Below the pieces are notes generated by a model. It did not search any database. It saw only the letters and a program-made list of their open reading frames with translations, and was not told the origin of the DNA. From Bacilli bacterium (lineage in GTDB: Bacteria > Bacillota_I > Bacilli_A > ML615J-28 > CAG-698), in assembly GCA_050953045.1 (NCBI GenBank), contig JBMNLY010000001.1, positions 74,947-138,946 of the forward strand: DNA of 64,000 nucleotides, written 5' to 3'. Shown piece by piece: positions 1-9,222 of the stretch. Positions within the stretch are counted from its first letter, which is position 1; each line of letters starts with the position of its first letter. A program made the position numbers and the translations under genes.

Positions 1-115
1 CGGTATTGTTAAGGTCAGTTATGAAAACGGAAAAGCTATTTATCTTAACTATCGTTCCACTGATTATAAATTTGGTGAAATCTATCTTCAAGCAAAGGAT
101 TATCTGGTCGTATGA
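1..115 (+). CDS. 3' end of an upstream gene (partial); stop TGA at 113-115 overlaps the next ATG
   Basis: Open frame 2 reads ...GIVKVSYENGKAIYLNYRSTDYKFGEIYLQAKDYLVV* and is translationally coupled to the permease gene via an ATGA overlap. Confidence 0.3.
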   Translation, partial: GIVKVSYENGKAIYLNYRSTDYKFGEIYLQAKDYLVV

Positions 116-1161
116 AAACAAAAATTAGAAAATTTTTTCAGACAATCGGTAATTTTCTTTATGATTTTAGAATAAAAAAACTCGGGCCGATTTTTCAGAA
201 ACTAGGTTATTTTCTGACCCATAATTTCGTCCTGAGAAAAGAGGAAAATCAATTAATTATCTTCCGTTTTCTTAAAATCAAGATTACCAATCGGCGCCGC
301 GAAGCCGTGGTTGGGTATTTCTTTATCTTGCTTTGGTTGGTCGGATTTCTGATTTTTACCGCTTATCCTTTGATTTATTCCTTATATTTGAGTTTTCAAA
401 AAGCTTTCTTTAATATTCAAACCGGAATTAGCGGAACTGGAGTCGGTTTTGCTAACTATAAAAATGTTTTAAGCGATGCGAATTTACTACCTTTGTTTGC
501 GAATTATTTGGGAACAATGGTGTTTGCGGTTCCGCTCATTATTGTTTTCGCAATCCTTATCGCTGTTCTCATCAATCAGCCGATTAAAGGTAAAGGCATC
601 TTTCGGACGATTTTCTTCCTGCCTGTGGTGATTTCGACAGGACCGGTTTTGGGCGAATTGATTCTTCAGGATGCAACGAGCCTGCCTTCGATTTCGGAAT
701 CTTCCGCAACCCTAACAATTATGAATAATTTGCCGGCTTTTGTTGCGGAGCCACTCTTAATCCTCTTTGATTCCCTCCTTTTGACTTTATGGTATGCCGG
801 AATTCCGATTTTGGTTTTTCTTGCCGGACTTCAGAAAATTAATAAAGAGATATATGAAGCGGCAGCAGTTGACGGCGCTTCACCCTGGGATACTTTCTGG
901 AAGATTACGCTACCTTCGATTAAACCCTTGATATCGGTTAATATCATCTATGTCGTGGTTTCGATGTCGCTTTATGTAGAATCGGGCGGGATTTTGGATC
1001 TTGCGAAATCGCATATGTTAAGCGGCACTCCTGATAACCTCTTTTGGAAAGGTTATGGTTATGCTGCCGCGATTGCTTGGATTTACTTCCTGATGATGGT
1101 TCTGGTGATGCTCTTATTCATCGGTCTGGTATCGATACGGAAACGGAGGCGCTCACGATGA
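112..1161 (+). CDS. Carbohydrate ABC transporter permease (CUT1 family, MalF/UgpA-like)
   Basis: 349 aa with multiple TM segments and an inner-membrane-component fold. Stop overlaps the next permease start (ATGA). Confidence 0.8.
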   Translation: MKTKIRKFFQTIGNFLYDFRIKKLGPIFQKLGYFLTHNFVLRKEENQLIIFRFLKIKITNRRREAVVGYFFILLWLVGFLIFTAYPLIYSLYLSFQKAFFNIQTGISGTGVGFANYKNVLSDANLLPLFANYLGTMVFAVPLIIVFAILIAVLINQPIKGKGIFRTIFFLPVVISTGPVLGELILQDATSLPSISESSATLTIMNNLPAFVAEPLLILFDSLLLTLWYAGIPILVFLAGLQKINKEIYEAAAVDGASPWDTFWKITLPSIKPLISVNIIYVVVSMSLYVESGGILDLAKSHMLSGTPDNLFWKGYGYAAAIAWIYFLMMVLVMLLFIGLVSIRKRRRSR

Positions 1162-2090
1162 AAAAAATAAAGAAAATCTTTAATAGGAATAAAATCAAGC
1201 ATGTGCTTCTCGGAATGCATTTTACCGACGGCCTTCTCTATAAATTTGTCATTTATCTACTCTTAATTTCTTTTAGTTTCATATATCTTTACCCGCTTTT
1301 CTTTATGGTCATCAATAGTTTAAAAAACATCGATGACTTGATTGATCCCGGGGTAAACTGGATTCCAACGACTTTGTATTTTGATAACTATAACCGCGCC
1401 TTTCAAGTTTTGGTGCTGCCAAAAGCTTTCTTTTCTTCAGTGTGGTATGTGCTAAAAGTTTCAGTACTTACTACCTTTACCTGCGCTGTTGTCGGATATG
1501 GCTTTGCAAGGTTTAGGTTTCCTTTAAAAAAATTATTTTTCATCCTGATGTTGGTGACTTTTATCCTTCCGCCTCAAGTCACGATGGTTTCAAACATTCT
1601 AATCTTTAGGAAACTTGGAATGATGTCTAATGAGTCTTCGATTTTGCTTCCGGCTTTTTTAGGCCAAGGCTTCAACGCCGCGATTTATATCCTAATCTTT
1701 CATCAGTTCTTCAGAACTGTTCCGAAAGTTTTGGACGAATCGGCTCAACTCGACGGCGCAAGTGCTTTTCGGGTTTTTAGAAGTATTTCGCTTCCGCTTG
1801 CGAAACCGGCGATTATCATTGTCTTTCTCTTTTCCTTTGTCTGGACTTGGAACGAAACATTTGTAACAGGGCTCTATGCGGGCGGAACGATTACGCTCCC
1901 GTTAAAATTGATGGCTTTTGCTGATTCCTATGCGACGATTTTTCCTCCCGGAACTCCCGGTGCGGAATTAAACGAAGCAATAAAACTAGCCGGAAATGTC
2001 TTAACCATCTTACCTTTGCTTGTATTATATTTTATTTTCCAGAAATGGTTTACGGAAAGCATCGATCGGACCGGTATTACCGGCGAGTGA
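1158..2090 (+). CDS. Carbohydrate ABC transporter permease (MalG/UgpE-like)
   Basis: Start ATG at 1158 is coupled to the upstream stop. TM-rich, with a permease EAA-type loop (ESAQLDGASAFRVFRSISLPLAKPAI). Confidence 0.8.
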   Translation: MKKIKKIFNRNKIKHVLLGMHFTDGLLYKFVIYLLLISFSFIYLYPLFFMVINSLKNIDDLIDPGVNWIPTTLYFDNYNRAFQVLVLPKAFFSSVWYVLKVSVLTTFTCAVVGYGFARFRFPLKKLFFILMLVTFILPPQVTMVSNILIFRKLGMMSNESSILLPAFLGQGFNAAIYILIFHQFFRTVPKVLDESAQLDGASAFRVFRSISLPLAKPAIIIVFLFSFVWTWNETFVTGLYAGGTITLPLKLMAFADSYATIFPPGTPGAELNEAIKLAGNVLTILPLLVLYFIFQKWFTESIDRTGITGE

Positions 2091-2108
2091 TCCGAAAGGA
2101 GGAACTAA

Positions 2109-3224
2109 TTGAAGAAATTAAATATAATTGTTTTAATGCTAATCGTTTTGGTATTTGCTTTTGGGTGTGAGAAAAATGGAATGGAAATTCCCGATGAGTG
2201 CGCGCATTTAAGGGTTGAAGACGGTTGGGTTCCGGTTTGGTGCGATGAATTTGACGGCGTCGAATTGAACGAGGAAAAATGGACCTCCTTAAACACTTCT
2301 TGGGGTGGCGGTAATAACGAAGCCCAATATTACCATCCTGATAATATTGAGGTTAAAGACGGTATGCTTGTGATTACCGCCAAAAAAGAAAACTATGGCG
2401 GTAAAAACTACACCTCCGGTCGGATTCATACCCAGTATAAAGGAGACTGGCTCTACGGTAAAATCGTAGTCCGAGCAAAACTTCCCGGCGGTCGTGGAAC
2501 CTGGCCGGCGATATGGATGCTGCCGACAATGAACAAATATGGAACTTGGCCGAAAAGCGGTGAAATTGATATTATCGAATATGTCGGCTATGATAAGGAC
2601 CGTTTGCATGGAACCATTCATACCGAAAAGTTTAACCATATGCTCGGAACTCAACTTGGAACTTCTCTGGAATATCCTGGAATCACGACAACTTTTATTG
2701 ACTATAGCGTCATCTGGTCTCCGGGTGAAATAACCTTATATGTTGATGATTTTGAACTAACGAAGTTTCGGTATACTCCCGAATTTAACCAGGATGTTAA
2801 ACCACATCAGGCTTGGCCCTTTGACCAAGAATTTCATTTGCTTATCAATCTTGCAATCGGGGGCAACTGGGGCGGAGTTCGGGGAATCGACCCGGATATT
2901 TTTCCCGTCAGCATGTATGTCGATTATGTCCGAGTTTACCAAAGGGATTATAGCTCGCTGGATAAAATGAAACCTGAGGCAATCAGTAAAATCAAAACTG
3001 GCAATCTGCTGAAAAATATGATATACTGGAAAAAACCCAATAATGACCTAGATATCGAGTATTATGAGATTTTTCTCAATGGCGAGTTTTACGACACCAC
3101 CCGGCTTAATGCTTATGTTTTTGAGCGTCTTAAAACCGGCACCGAATATCAGGTCGAAATTGTTGCGGTTGACTTCACAGGTAAAAAATCCGCAGCCACT
3201 GCTTATACATTGCATTATCAATAA
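2109..3224 (+). CDS. Glycoside hydrolase family 16 beta-glucanase (laminarinase-like) lipoprotein with a C-terminal FN3/Ig-like domain
   Basis: TTG start after AAGGAGG. Lipoprotein signal peptide ending in FAFGC. GH16 catalytic motif GEIDIIE (ExDxxE). Beta-jellyroll-like region followed by an extra roughly 90-aa C-terminal domain. Confidence 0.8.
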   Translation: MKKLNIIVLMLIVLVFAFGCEKNGMEIPDECAHLRVEDGWVPVWCDEFDGVELNEEKWTSLNTSWGGGNNEAQYYHPDNIEVKDGMLVITAKKENYGGKNYTSGRIHTQYKGDWLYGKIVVRAKLPGGRGTWPAIWMLPTMNKYGTWPKSGEIDIIEYVGYDKDRLHGTIHTEKFNHMLGTQLGTSLEYPGITTTFIDYSVIWSPGEITLYVDDFELTKFRYTPEFNQDVKPHQAWPFDQEFHLLINLAIGGNWGGVRGIDPDIFPVSMYVDYVRVYQRDYSSLDKMKPEAISKIKTGNLLKNMIYWKKPNNDLDIEYYEIFLNGEFYDTTRLNAYVFERLKTGTEYQVEIVAVDFTGKKSAATAYTLHYQ

Positions 3225-3230
3225 TGAGGG

Positions 3231-3968
3231 ATGAAGATGTTTAAAAAGATCCTCTATTTACTGATTGCATTCATTATCGGCGCTTTTGTTTATCTAAGAA
3301 GCATGAATTATGCTTATCTTGTGAAAGAAATCGAGCTGATGAAGGAAGCCTTTAATGAAAGCAACTACAGCGAATATCTTCGCTTTACCAATCCTTATTT
3401 TCGAAAAAAATATGAAATCATCAACTCCGATTATCAAATCCATGTTTTTGAAATCATAAGTGAAGAGAAAAAAACTGCAATTATCGGGAATGTGGTTTTT
3501 GTCAGTAATTTAAACAAAAATTTATTCCAGCTTTCCGAGGATCTTTATGATGAAAATGACCAAACTAATTTGACCGTGACAAGCGATGTTCTTGTTTACA
3601 GTCATCTTGATGAGCTGAAATTAAAAGATAAATTTATCTCACAATCTTACGGCTATCGTAAATATCAAGGTTATTACTATCTCTTTTTTCCGGAAAAAGA
3701 AGCCGAATACATTTTTACTCTTTATGATTACAAAGGCGAAATCTTTTCGGAATTCACCTTAAACTATAAAGAAGTATTTAAACAAGGACTGACGCTAGAA
3801 GAAGTAGCAACAAGTCTTAGTGAAGAGTGGGTAGCAGGTTTTTCCACAAAGGAAAAAGTCAAACTGCTTAACCCTGCTCTCCACCGGAATATGCTAATCT
3901 ATGGTATCTTTGTTATCCTATTTGGAATCTTTCTATTCCGGAAATCAATCTTCAAAGGAAAGAATTAG
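3231..3968 (+). CDS. Hypothetical membrane-anchored protein (N- and C-terminal TM helices)
   Basis: 245-aa ORF with hydrophobic termini; no recognisable motif. Confidence 0.45.
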   Translation: MKMFKKILYLLIAFIIGAFVYLRSMNYAYLVKEIELMKEAFNESNYSEYLRFTNPYFRKKYEIINSDYQIHVFEIISEEKKTAIIGNVVFVSNLNKNLFQLSEDLYDENDQTNLTVTSDVLVYSHLDELKLKDKFISQSYGYRKYQGYYYLFFPEKEAEYIFTLYDYKGEIFSEFTLNYKEVFKQGLTLEEVATSLSEEWVAGFSTKEKVKLLNPALHRNMLIYGIFVILFGIFLFRKSIFKGKN

Positions 3969-3995
3969 AGCACTCAGCGGAGTGCTTTTATTTTT
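3966..3995 (+). terminator. Rho-independent terminator
   Basis: AGCACTC-AGCG-GAGTGCT hairpin followed by a T-rich run. Confidence 0.5.
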
Positions 3996-4055
3996 TATTC
4001 ATTGTCCGATTTTTTCGGAATATAATTTAGTAAGTAGAGATAGAAAGGACCTGCC

Positions 4056-5030
4056 ATGAATATTTATGTAAAATCCTTTTTATATAGTTTTATAATTGCG
4101 ATATTTTTATTTATTTTTTTTATTCCTTTACTTAGAAGAATAAAATTCGGTCAAACAATCAGAAAGGAAGGGCCGAAGGATCATTACAGTAAAGCAGGAA
4201 CCCCGACAATGGGCGGAATTGTGATCATCCTAGCGACCGTAATCAGTTTTCTTTATTTAAGGTTAAAAGAAATTGAGATTGACAAACATTATATTTTGCT
4301 TTTGTTAATGCCTTTAATTCTTTACGGTATTCTAGGTTTTATTGATGATTATTTAATTGTTGTGAAAAAAAACAATCAAGGTCTTACTTCCCGAACCAAA
4401 CTCTTCTTTCAAATTATCTGGGCAGCGTTTTATTTTTATGTGTTTTTGGATAAAGGTTTAAGTTCGGTGGTAAATATTTTTGGGTGGAAAGTGGATTTAA
4501 AATGGGGCTACGGTATTTTGATTCTCTTGATGCTGATTTCCTCAAGCAATGCGGTTAATTTAAGCGACGGTTTGGATGGACTTGCAGGAGGTTTAATCAT
4601 TATTGCGCTCGGTGTGATTATTATTTTAAGCAGATATATTGAAAAAGAAGAAATTCTAATCTTTTCGCTTTGTTTACTGGGAGCGGTTCTTGCTTTCCTT
4701 TGTTATAATTTTAAACCAGCAAAAATTATTATGGGTGATACAGGATCGCTTGCCTTGGGAGCGAGTCTTGCTAATCTTTTTATTCTTTTAAAAATGGAAG
4801 TTTTGCTTTTGGTTGTCGGACTTGTTTTTATAATAGAAACTATCTCGGTAATAATTCAGGTATTCTATTTCAAAATTACAAAAGGAAAAAGAATTTTCCT
4901 GATGGCACCTTTGCATCATCATTACGAACTAAAAGGCTATAGCGAAACCGAAATTGATGCCGGCTTTTGGATTCTTGGAATTCTTTTTGGTCTTCTTGGC
5001 TTAATCCTCGGAATAACATTGTTAGGGTGA
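4056..5030 (+). CDS. mraY: Phospho-N-acetylmuramoyl-pentapeptide transferase
   Basis: 324 aa, polytopic membrane protein. Conserved MraY blocks (…GTPTMGG…, …DDxxD-like IDDYLIV…, HHHYELKG). Confidence 0.9.
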   Translation: MNIYVKSFLYSFIIAIFLFIFFIPLLRRIKFGQTIRKEGPKDHYSKAGTPTMGGIVIILATVISFLYLRLKEIEIDKHYILLLLMPLILYGILGFIDDYLIVVKKNNQGLTSRTKLFFQIIWAAFYFYVFLDKGLSSVVNIFGWKVDLKWGYGILILLMLISSSNAVNLSDGLDGLAGGLIIIALGVIIILSRYIEKEEILIFSLCLLGAVLAFLCYNFKPAKIIMGDTGSLALGASLANLFILLKMEVLLLVVGLVFIIETISVIIQVFYFKITKGKRIFLMAPLHHHYELKGYSETEIDAGFWILGILFGLLGLILGITLLG

Positions 5031-6292
5031 TAGCAATCAAATATTTATTATTAGGTTATGGAAAAAGTAATCGGTCGTTAGAAAAGTTTTTTGCTACAAA
5101 GGGGATATACTTTCAAATTTATGATGACTTTCTTTCGGAAAAAAGAATTGAGGTTGATTTTAATGGTTTCGATTGTGTTGTAAAAAGTGGGGGGATCAAA
5201 AACGACCACTGGATACTCGATATAGCCCGGAAACTTAATAAAGAAATCATTTCCGATTTGGAACTCTTTTACTTATATAATCAAGAAAAAACTTTTATTA
5301 CGGTTACCGGAACCAATGGTAAAACCACAACTGTAAATCTACTTAATTATTTACTTCCGGAATTTGATCTTGGCGGCAATGTCGGTCTACCACTATTTGA
5401 TTATTGTGATTCTAAAAAAAATATTATTATTGAAGCCTCAAGTTTTATGTTGGAATATACAAACTCCTATCGTTCAAAGATAAATGTTATTTTAAATATT
5501 GAACCCAATCATTTGGATTATCATTTACATTTTTCTGATTATCTAAATGCAAAACTGAAGTTAATAAAGAACGCTGTTTCAAATGATTATCTTGTTTATA
5601 ATGCTGATGATCCCGTATTAACAAAAGTTGTTCGTAGTTACAATCTTTATAAAATTCCTTTCTCGAAAGTAAAAAAGAATGGGATTTTTATTTCTGAAAA
5701 TAATGTTTATTATAAAGGAAAATTAGTGTTTAAACCGGTAAATTTAAAACTTCAAGGCGAGCATAATTTAGAAAATATCGCTGCCGCAATCGGTGCTGTT
5801 CTTTGTTATAATCCTCAATATCCTGATTTTTCAAGAATTAATGCCTTCAATCCTTTGGCGCATCGGCTTGAATATCTTGGTAAAATCGGAAAGATTGAAG
5901 TTTATAATGATTCAAAAGCAACGAACCTCACAGCTTTAAAAACCTCGCTTGCTACATTTAAAAACAAAAAAGTTATTTTGATTTGTGGTGGTAAAAGAAG
6001 AAGAGAAAACTATGGTACTTTAGATGATTATCTTTCTAGTTTGGATTTAGTGCTGGTAAACGGCGAAAACAAAGAGACTTTATTAGAGTATTTTCAAGGA
6101 AAAGGAATTAAATGTTATGTTTTTTTAAATCTTCAAAACCTTTTAACTGAACTAAAAACTTATCTTAAAAACCAAGACGTTTTGCTTTTTTCGCCGGGAG
6201 CAGTCAGTTATGATCAGTTTCAAAATTTTGAAGAAAGAGGGAATTATTTTAAGGATTTTATTAAAGAATTTTTAACAGAGAATAATAATTAA
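5027..6292 (+). CDS. murD: UDP-N-acetylmuramoylalanine--D-glutamate ligase
   Basis: GTG start overlaps the mraY stop. N-terminal Rossmann GYGKS and Mur-ligase P-loop VTGTNGKTTT. Confidence 0.85.
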   Translation: MIAIKYLLLGYGKSNRSLEKFFATKGIYFQIYDDFLSEKRIEVDFNGFDCVVKSGGIKNDHWILDIARKLNKEIISDLELFYLYNQEKTFITVTGTNGKTTTVNLLNYLLPEFDLGGNVGLPLFDYCDSKKNIIIEASSFMLEYTNSYRSKINVILNIEPNHLDYHLHFSDYLNAKLKLIKNAVSNDYLVYNADDPVLTKVVRSYNLYKIPFSKVKKNGIFISENNVYYKGKLVFKPVNLKLQGEHNLENIAAAIGAVLCYNPQYPDFSRINAFNPLAHRLEYLGKIGKIEVYNDSKATNLTALKTSLATFKNKKVILICGGKRRRENYGTLDDYLSSLDLVLVNGENKETLLEYFQGKGIKCYVFLNLQNLLTELKTYLKNQDVLLFSPGAVSYDQFQNFEERGNYFKDFIKEFLTENNN

Positions 6293-6297
6293 TTATT

Positions 6298-6332
6298 GAA
6301 CCGGAATTTGTATTAAAGTTTCCGGTTTTTTA
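6298..6332 (+). terminator. Rho-independent terminator
   Basis: AACCGGAA...TTCCGGTT hairpin followed by TTTTTT. Confidence 0.5.
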
Positions 6333-6422
6333 GTTTGGATAATAAGATACTATAAATTGAGAAAAATGTAAGGTTTTTCCTTTATTCCCTTAAAATTGTG
6401 GTATAATATTAATGGTGATAGA

Positions 6423-6986
6423 ATGACAATTCTTTATGGGGGTTCTTTTAATCCGCCGACGATAGCTCATTACAAAATTGCATCTTATTTACTGGACAAA
6501 TTTCCTGATGCTAAGTTAGAGTTTCTGCCCGCCAATAATTTTTATGAAAAAAATAATTTAAAAGATTATCATTATCGGTGGCAGATGCTTGAGCTACTCT
6601 GTGCCCGATTAGGGAAGAGAGCAAGCATCAATGATTTTGAAATTCGTTTAAACAAATACTATGGAACATGGTATACGATTAAACATTTTCCGGAGGCCTA
6701 TTTTGTTATCGGAGCTGACAATCTCCTCACGCTTCACACTTGGATTAATTATCCGGCTGTGGTTCGAAAGACTCGTTTTCTCGTCATTCCCCGTGATCAA
6801 ATTGATATCGAAGCCGTTTTTCAAGAAAACTCAATTTTAAGGGAAAACCGCAGTAATTTTACTATTCTTGCTGATTTTCCTAAAATTGATGCATCTTCGA
6901 GTAACTACCGAAGAACTAAGGATGAGAAGTATTTATTGCCTGAAGTAGCTGAATTTATTAGAAAAAATAAATTGTATAAGGAGTAA
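6423..6986 (+). CDS. nadD: Nicotinate-nucleotide adenylyltransferase
   Basis: GGSFNPPTIAH (H/TxGH nucleotidyltransferase motif). Start chosen at ATG 6423, downstream of an extended -10 (TGGTATAAT at 6399-6407); the ORF track starts earlier at 6396. Confidence 0.8.
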   Translation: MTILYGGSFNPPTIAHYKIASYLLDKFPDAKLEFLPANNFYEKNNLKDYHYRWQMLELLCARLGKRASINDFEIRLNKYYGTWYTIKHFPEAYFVIGADNLLTLHTWINYPAVVRKTRFLVIPRDQIDIEAVFQENSILRENRSNFTILADFPKIDASSSNYRRTKDEKYLLPEVAEFIRKNKLYKE

Positions 6987-6988
6987 TT

Positions 6989-8860
6989 ATGTATTCACAT
7001 GGATTTCTTAAAGTAGCCGCCGCTTCTCACAAAACCAAACTCGGCGATTCGATGTATAATGTAAAAGAGATGCTTGAGATTTTAAAAGAAGCTAAGAAGA
7101 AAGGCGCTGCTCTAATTTGTTTTCCGGAATTATGCATTACCGGCTATTCCGTCGGTGATATGTTGTTTCAAAGATACCTTTATCTGGATTCTTTAAACGC
7201 GATTAAATATCTTCTAGATAATAATCCATTTCCCGGAGTTGTTATTTTTGGCTCCTATGTGATTATTAACGATACGCTTTATAATTGCAGTTTTGTTATT
7301 CAAAATAAAAAAATTTTAGGAATAATTCCGAAAACTTTCCTGCCCCATACCAATGAGTTTTATGAAAGCCGCTGGTTTGCTTCCGGAAACAATTTAATCA
7401 AAGATTTAAAGAATATTAAATTTTTGGGTCAAAATGTCCCTTTTGGAAAACTGCTTTTTGAAAATGAAAATCGTGATGTCATCTTCGGTGCCGAAATCTG
7501 CGGCGATGTTTGGGCTCCAACTTCACCGAACGAAAAATTGTTTGCGAATGGGGCGTTGATTGTATTAAATTCCAGCGCTTCCCCTGCTCATATTGGTAAG
7601 AAAGAAAAAAGACATTTGTTGACCCAAAGCACAACGATGAAGTTCAACTCTGCTTATGTCTATGTTTCCAATAATGCGAGTGAATCTACAAGCGAAGTTG
7701 TTTTTAGTTCGCATTTGATTATTGCTGAAGACGGAAATATCATCAGCGAATACGATCGCATTACCTTTGAAAACAATATTATCTACGGCGATATCGATAT
7801 AAAAAAACTTCATTTCTTACGTCGTAATAATAGTTATTATAAACAAACCCAAGCCCTAGCTCGTGATGTTGATTTCCAATATGTAAAGTTTGAACTAGAA
7901 GAAAACGCGGAATATGCGTTTGAGGAACTGCCGGAAAGATTACCCTTTGTTCCGAAAAAACGAGCTGATTTGGAACGAATCACGATGATTCAAGGCGCAA
8001 GTATTCGAAAAAGACTTGATTATGTGGGAACAGAAAAGGTCGTCCTTGGTGTCAGTGGCGGTTTGGATTCCACGTTGGCTTTGCTTTCTTTAGTTCATGC
8101 TTATGATGAAGCCGAAATTGATCGAAAAAATATTATTGCTGTAACAATGCCTTCAGCAGAAACCAGCAAACGGACTTATGAGAATGCGAAAGCGTTAATC
8201 GAGAAGCTGAAATGCGCCTTTAAAGAAATCAGAATTGATTTAGAAGTACGAAGGCAGTTAGAATTAATCAATCATTCAACAGAAAAAGATACAACTTATG
8301 AAAATATTCAGGCAAGAATTCGGACTACTACGCTGATGAATCTTGCGAACCAAGAAAAAGCCGTGATGATTGGAACCACGGATATGAGCGAAATTGCTCT
8401 TGGCTGGTCGACATTCGGCGGTGATCAAACCGGAATGTACGGAATCAATGCCGGACTTCCGAAAACTGTCGTCCGTGAGGTTGTAAAATACTATCAAGAA
8501 ATCTTCCCGGATGTAAAAGATATAATTGACGATATTCTAAAGACGCCTATTTCTCCAGAACTTACCGGTAGTAACCAAAAAACAGAAGACCTAATCGGCA
8601 AATTTGAAATCAACGATTTTATTCTCTATCACTTCTTGGTCAACGGTGATGATTTTGAACGTGTCAGTTATTTACTAACTAAAGCATTCGGTTTAAACGG
8701 TAATGAAGCCCGTGAATATGTAAATAATTTTTCGAATCGTTTCTTTACCCAACAGTATAAACGTTTATCGATGCCGGAAGGAGTTAAGATAATGGCTGTT
8801 TCACTTTCTCCAAGAAGCGAATTAAAACTTAGTGGAGACCATTATCCACCTAAAATCTAA
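6989..8860 (+). CDS. nadE: Glutamine-dependent NAD+ synthetase (N-terminal nitrilase domain plus NAD synthetase domain)
   Basis: 623 aa. N-terminal CN-hydrolase region. PP-loop SGGLDS at the start of the synthetase domain. Confidence 0.9.
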   Translation: MYSHGFLKVAAASHKTKLGDSMYNVKEMLEILKEAKKKGAALICFPELCITGYSVGDMLFQRYLYLDSLNAIKYLLDNNPFPGVVIFGSYVIINDTLYNCSFVIQNKKILGIIPKTFLPHTNEFYESRWFASGNNLIKDLKNIKFLGQNVPFGKLLFENENRDVIFGAEICGDVWAPTSPNEKLFANGALIVLNSSASPAHIGKKEKRHLLTQSTTMKFNSAYVYVSNNASESTSEVVFSSHLIIAEDGNIISEYDRITFENNIIYGDIDIKKLHFLRRNNSYYKQTQALARDVDFQYVKFELEENAEYAFEELPERLPFVPKKRADLERITMIQGASIRKRLDYVGTEKVVLGVSGGLDSTLALLSLVHAYDEAEIDRKNIIAVTMPSAETSKRTYENAKALIEKLKCAFKEIRIDLEVRRQLELINHSTEKDTTYENIQARIRTTTLMNLANQEKAVMIGTTDMSEIALGWSTFGGDQTGMYGINAGLPKTVVREVVKYYQEIFPDVKDIIDDILKTPISPELTGSNQKTEDLIGKFEINDFILYHFLVNGDDFERVSYLLTKAFGLNGNEAREYVNNFSNRFFTQQYKRLSMPEGVKIMAVSLSPRSELKLSGDHYPPKI

Positions 8861-8874
8861 GCGACTGATATTTT

Positions 8875-8898
8875 GCCAAGCAATGCTTGGCTTTTTTT
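8875..8898 (+). terminator. Rho-independent terminator
   Basis: GCCAAGC-AAT-GCTTGGC followed by TTTTTTT. Confidence 0.6.
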
Positions 8899-9125
8899 AT
8901 TTAGATAGTATCATTATAAATTTTTGTTGTTACTATCGAAATTGTTCGAATAAACAGAAAGTTTGCGTTAAGTTTGTTTTCGACAAATTTTTCAAGAACT
9001 CGCTGACATTTTTCTTCAAAAAAAAAATATTCTCTCGTCACGCTTCTACAAATTCTTCAATTCTTTTTTCGTATAATGATTGCAGTTATATGTAGGTGAA
9101 GTACGTCTTTTGTATCATTTCAAAA

Positions 9126-9155
9126 AACAGCTTTTGGGGGAGAGCTGTTTTTTTA
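9126..9155 (+). terminator. Second rho-independent terminator upstream of the giant gene's promoter
   Basis: AACAGCTTT...AGAGCTGTT stem (one G-U pair) followed by TTTTTTT. Confidence 0.45.
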
Positions 9156-9222
9156 TTAAATCTCGTTACTTAGCATATTTTTATGATATAATATACACAC
9201 AACACATTCAAAGGAGACGGAG

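Noticed and set aside
2105-2942. Minus-strand ORFs overlapping the GH16 gene (2105-2296, 2289-2654, 2757-2942)
   Set aside because: They are antisense to a well-supported enzyme gene with conserved catalytic motifs, and have no RBS.
8832-9095. 87-aa ORF in the nadE-to-giant-gene intergenic region
   Set aside because: It overlaps two terminator hairpins, is low-complexity F/K/C-rich with no RBS, and is spurious.
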